DNA from: the human T2T-CHM13v2.0 reference genome, Homo sapiens
DNA: 64,000 nt
Assembly (NCBI RefSeq): GCF_009914755.1
Contig: NC_060943.1
Reading direction: 5' to 3' (one strand)
Below, one piece after another: positions 51,173 through 64,000 of this stretch. Position 1 is the stretch's first letter. The number at the start of each line of letters is the position of its first letter. The notes under the pieces were generated by a model. The model was not told where the DNA came from and made no database searches. It was given only the letters and a program-made list of their open reading frames with translations. The position numbers and the translations under genes were made by a program.

Positions 51173-51272
51173 CTACCCATCACTCAGCTTTAACAGTTTG
51201 CTTTCACAGAACAATGTTTTTTAAATAGTGGGAACCAACCCATCAGACAGACGTTCATGAATCAGTTTCACG

Positions 51273-51445
51273 CAGAGGTTCTCATTGTAATTGTACACTG
51301 GCATGCCTGGGGAGCTTTAAAAGAGACTTAAGCCCAGGTTTTGCCTTTACAGGTTCTAATTCAATTGATCTGGGGTTGGGCCTGAGCACTGGGGTTTTTA
51401 AAAGCCTCCTAGTTGTCCTGATGTGCAGCCAAGGTTGAGAGGATG
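51273..51445. mobile_element. MER5A-like DNA transposon
   Basis: cagaggttctca...ctggggttgggcctgagca...gatgtgcagccaaggttgaga. Confidence 0.7.
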
Positions 51446-51675
51446 AGAAGCACACACTTCTTCTTTTGTAGTTAACTAGAGCAGTACAGGACAGAAAAGA
51501 ACAGAATGCATGGCACAGAGTAAGGCAATGTGAAACTTCTCTTTCGGGAATAGGTGAATATAATTTCAGATTGAACACATGTATCAGGTCTCAATGTAAA
51601 AAGGATTTCCTCGGCTGGGTGTGGTGGCTTACACCTGTAATCCCAGCACTTTGGGAGGCCGAGGCAGGTGGATCA

Positions 51676-51927
<252 letters not shown>

Positions 51928-52018
51928 TCAGAAAAGATTAAAAAATTACTGCACAAGAATATAAACTTCACAAGGGCAGGGGCTGGACATACGGCTCATG
52001 TCTGTAATCCCAGCACTA

Positions 52019-52243
<225 letters not shown>

Positions 52244-52631
52244 TCAAAAAAAAAAAAAAATCCCCCCCAAGGCCGGGGACTGTTTTTTTTTTTTTTACTA
52301 CTGTATCCCCAGAGCCTAGAATACTGCATGACACATAGTAAGAACGCAACAAATTTGTTGTAGCAAAGAGGATGTGACAATCTTAATCTCGTGAGGATGT
52401 AGTATACACTCAATAAAATATGTTGAATAAATGAACAAGTGACCAATCCATATGTTCCCTGGCCTTTAGTAGGTGCTCAATAAATATTTGTTGGATAAAT
52501 GCATGAATATCCCCAGCACATAGGAGGAATTTGATAAAATTGTTTGGAAACTAACGAGGAACTGAATCTCTATTTCTCCCTGCTACATAGTTGGTGGTCA
52601 ATATACAAATTTGTTGGAAAAAACTGAATGA

Positions 52632-53036
<405 letters not shown>

Positions 53037-53509
53037 TGAGACGGGGTTTCCATCTTGTTGCCCAGGCTGGACTGCAATGGTGAGATCTCCACTCACTGCA
53101 ACCTCTGCCTCCGGGGTTGAAGCGATTCTCCTGCCTCAGCCTCCCAAGTAGTTAGGATTGCAGGTGCCCACCACCACACCCAGCTAATTTTTGTATTTTT
53201 AGTAGAGACGGGGTTTCACCATGTTGGTCAGGCTGGTCTCAAACTCCTGACCTCAGGTGATCTGCCTGCCTGGGCCTCCCAAAGTGCTGGAATTACAGGC
53301 GTGAGCCACCCGGCCAGTATTTTTAGACAAATGAATAAATGATCATCCATCTTTCTCTGTCACATAGTAAGTACTTGATAGTTATTAAATAAATTGATGA
53401 TGATATGCTTTCTGGCATACAATAGGAACTCAACACATGAGTATTGCATAAATGAATAAATGACCCACTGTTCATCTCCCCTAGCACATGGGAGGTGCTG
53501 GATAAATGA

Positions 53510-53623
<114 letters not shown>

Positions 53624-53626
53624 TGA

Positions 53627-54366
<740 letters not shown>

Positions 54367-54621
54367 CGCAGATGTGGACAGTCCTTGGGCTAGGATGGGG
54401 CTGGTTTCTAGATTAGAGCCTGGGGCTGAGGAAATGTTTTGCTTCTTTATCTTACTTGCGGCAGATGACACCCATATCAGGCATTCATGATGTAAGGTCC
54501 CTGTTGAGCACCACCTTCCATTTCCATAATCCTTGTTCCTCTTTCCCTCACCCCTTTGCAGCCTTGCCAATGTCTCACGAACACTTAATCCATTTGCTCT
54601 GCTTCTGTCTGGTAACTATAT

Positions 54622-54845
54622 TCAAGGCTGCCATATACTGTTCCGCAGGTCGTGCACTGCACAAAGGCACGATCTCTGAGAGCATTCACATCCTACACAT
54701 AATGGTGTATTTATTACAATAGTTTAGTTTTCCAGCAGATGGCAGTAAAGCATCCAGCATGTTATAACTTCCCTACAGGAAGTGTTTTAGGGGACGCCTT
54801 TTTTTCTAATTTGCTCAAAGGTGCCCCAGGGGCTGGCAGAAACCC
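54622..54845. mobile_element. MER91-like hAT relic carrying a CTCF-like motif (54732-54746)
   Basis: caaggctgccatat...caggtcgtgcactgcacaaagg; CCAGCAGATGGCAGT. Confidence 0.55.
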
Positions 54846-55708
54846 TAATTCGTTGTCATCTGACTTTTTAAAAGGAGTTAAACTTAGAATGCAATTCCTC
54901 CGTGTCACAGCAGCTGAAGTTGTGCTGTTGGTATCCTAAAATTCTAGAGAGTGTTGGTATCATCATGTAGAATTCCAAATCCTGCAGGGCTAATTCATCC
55001 GCCACCATCTAGTCTAGGTTGCAAAAGCTAGAAATCCAGTGCAAAGTGGTGGCTTAAGAAAAATAAAGAATTTATCAGTTCATATTACAGATCCAGGGCT
55101 TAGAGTGATGTCAGCAGAACTGCCTCCTCTTTGACTGCATTTGCAAGCAGGCTGTCTCCCTGGGCTGGAAAAAATGGTGCCTCAGGCTCCTATCCACTCT
55201 ACTTCTTAACAGCCCTAGAGGGAAGAGATCTCCTCTTTCCTGAAAGCTCCAAGAAAAAAAAAAACCTGAGATTCTCTCTGACTAGCCTATTGGGTCACAT
55301 GTCCCTCCCTGAACCAATCATCATAGGCTTAGGAAAGAAAGCTTTGACTGACCAGGCCCGGTCATATACCCACCTATAGAACCAGGAGGTAGGGTTAGCC
55401 CCATGTGCTCTGACTGTGGGATGGGGGACTCCGCAGGTGAAAATTGAGGGATTGTAAAGAGAGGAGGGGGACTGAATCATGGGTAGGCACAAACCACAGG
55501 CGCCCACCCACTGTAAGATCTTGAGATTAGGAGTGTCGGGACCTTAGGCGCAGAATGCAGAGCTTTGGAACTGTGGAAATACATTAGGATTGGAATCAAC
55601 AACTGATAGAACTAGCATGGGAGCAAAAGATCCTTACATCCCATTTATCTGGTATCATCTCCTCCCCTCTCCATTTTATTTGGTGGAACCATATGAAATT
55701 ACCACTTT

Positions 55709-59512
<3,804 letters not shown>

Positions 59513-59669
59513 GTGGGTGTGGGACATCGTGTGGGCCCAGGACTTGGGTGGGGTTGCCAAGGGCCAGCCATACCCTTCTGGCTGGCTGCCTCAGGCAAGA
59601 GACATCTCTGCAAGCCTCACTTTCCTTGTTTGTAAAATGAGGATAAAACAGTCCTTGGGTTATATGTAT

Positions 59670-63642
<3,973 letters not shown>

Positions 63643-64000
63643 AGGATTGCTTTTTATTCCCATTTTATGGATGTGGAAACTGAGGCACAGGGAGATTAAA
63701 CGGACATGCTTAAGGTCACCCATCTTAATAAGTGACAAGGTTAGGGTTAGACCTCAGGCGGTCTGGCCTCAGAGTACACTGCCTTCAGATTCATCTGTTA
63801 ATCTGGTCTAATCGATAGTCAGTGAGCACTTCCTGGGGGCTGGGCCCTGGCTGGGGGTCTCAGCCCTACTCTCGAGCCTGGCAGGTTTAGGGAGAGAGTC
63901 TGGGGTGGCTACAAGAGAAGCAAAAAGCATTTGCAGGAGCTAAAGTACACATGATTCACAATTGAAAATGAGTAATGATCTCTCCTGACTGGGGCTGCAC

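Overview
The window is an internal 64-kb segment of the skeletal-muscle ryanodine receptor gene RYR1 on the + strand. The Alu content and protein sequence point to human or a close primate. I traced 54 consecutive coding exons by hand from splice sites and reading frame. They total 6468 nt (2156 codons) in one continuous frame and correspond, by recalled numbering, to exons 36-89 (about aa 1939-4094). They encode the bridging solenoid, the malignant-hyperthermia/central-core hotspot 2, the RyR repeat 3-4 phosphorylation domain, the calmodulin-binding helix, the core solenoid Ca2+-site residues and the first EF hand. Both known alternative micro-exons are present (ASI, 15 nt; ASII, 18 nt), as is one GC-AG intron. 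Introns hold about 60 Alus, plus L1, L2, MIR, a MER41A-like solo LTR and several DNA-transposon relics. The least explained structure is non-coding. Intron 49 has ten perfect same-strand POU octamers. Intron 84 has a 23 x 29-bp minisatellite with an AATAAA in every unit. Intron 42 has an ETS/GC-box minisatellite. There are also two CCAAT-box clusters and nuclear-receptor half-site clusters. All regulatory interpretations are motif-based inference and untested. Repeat family names and exon numbers come from memory, not from a database search.
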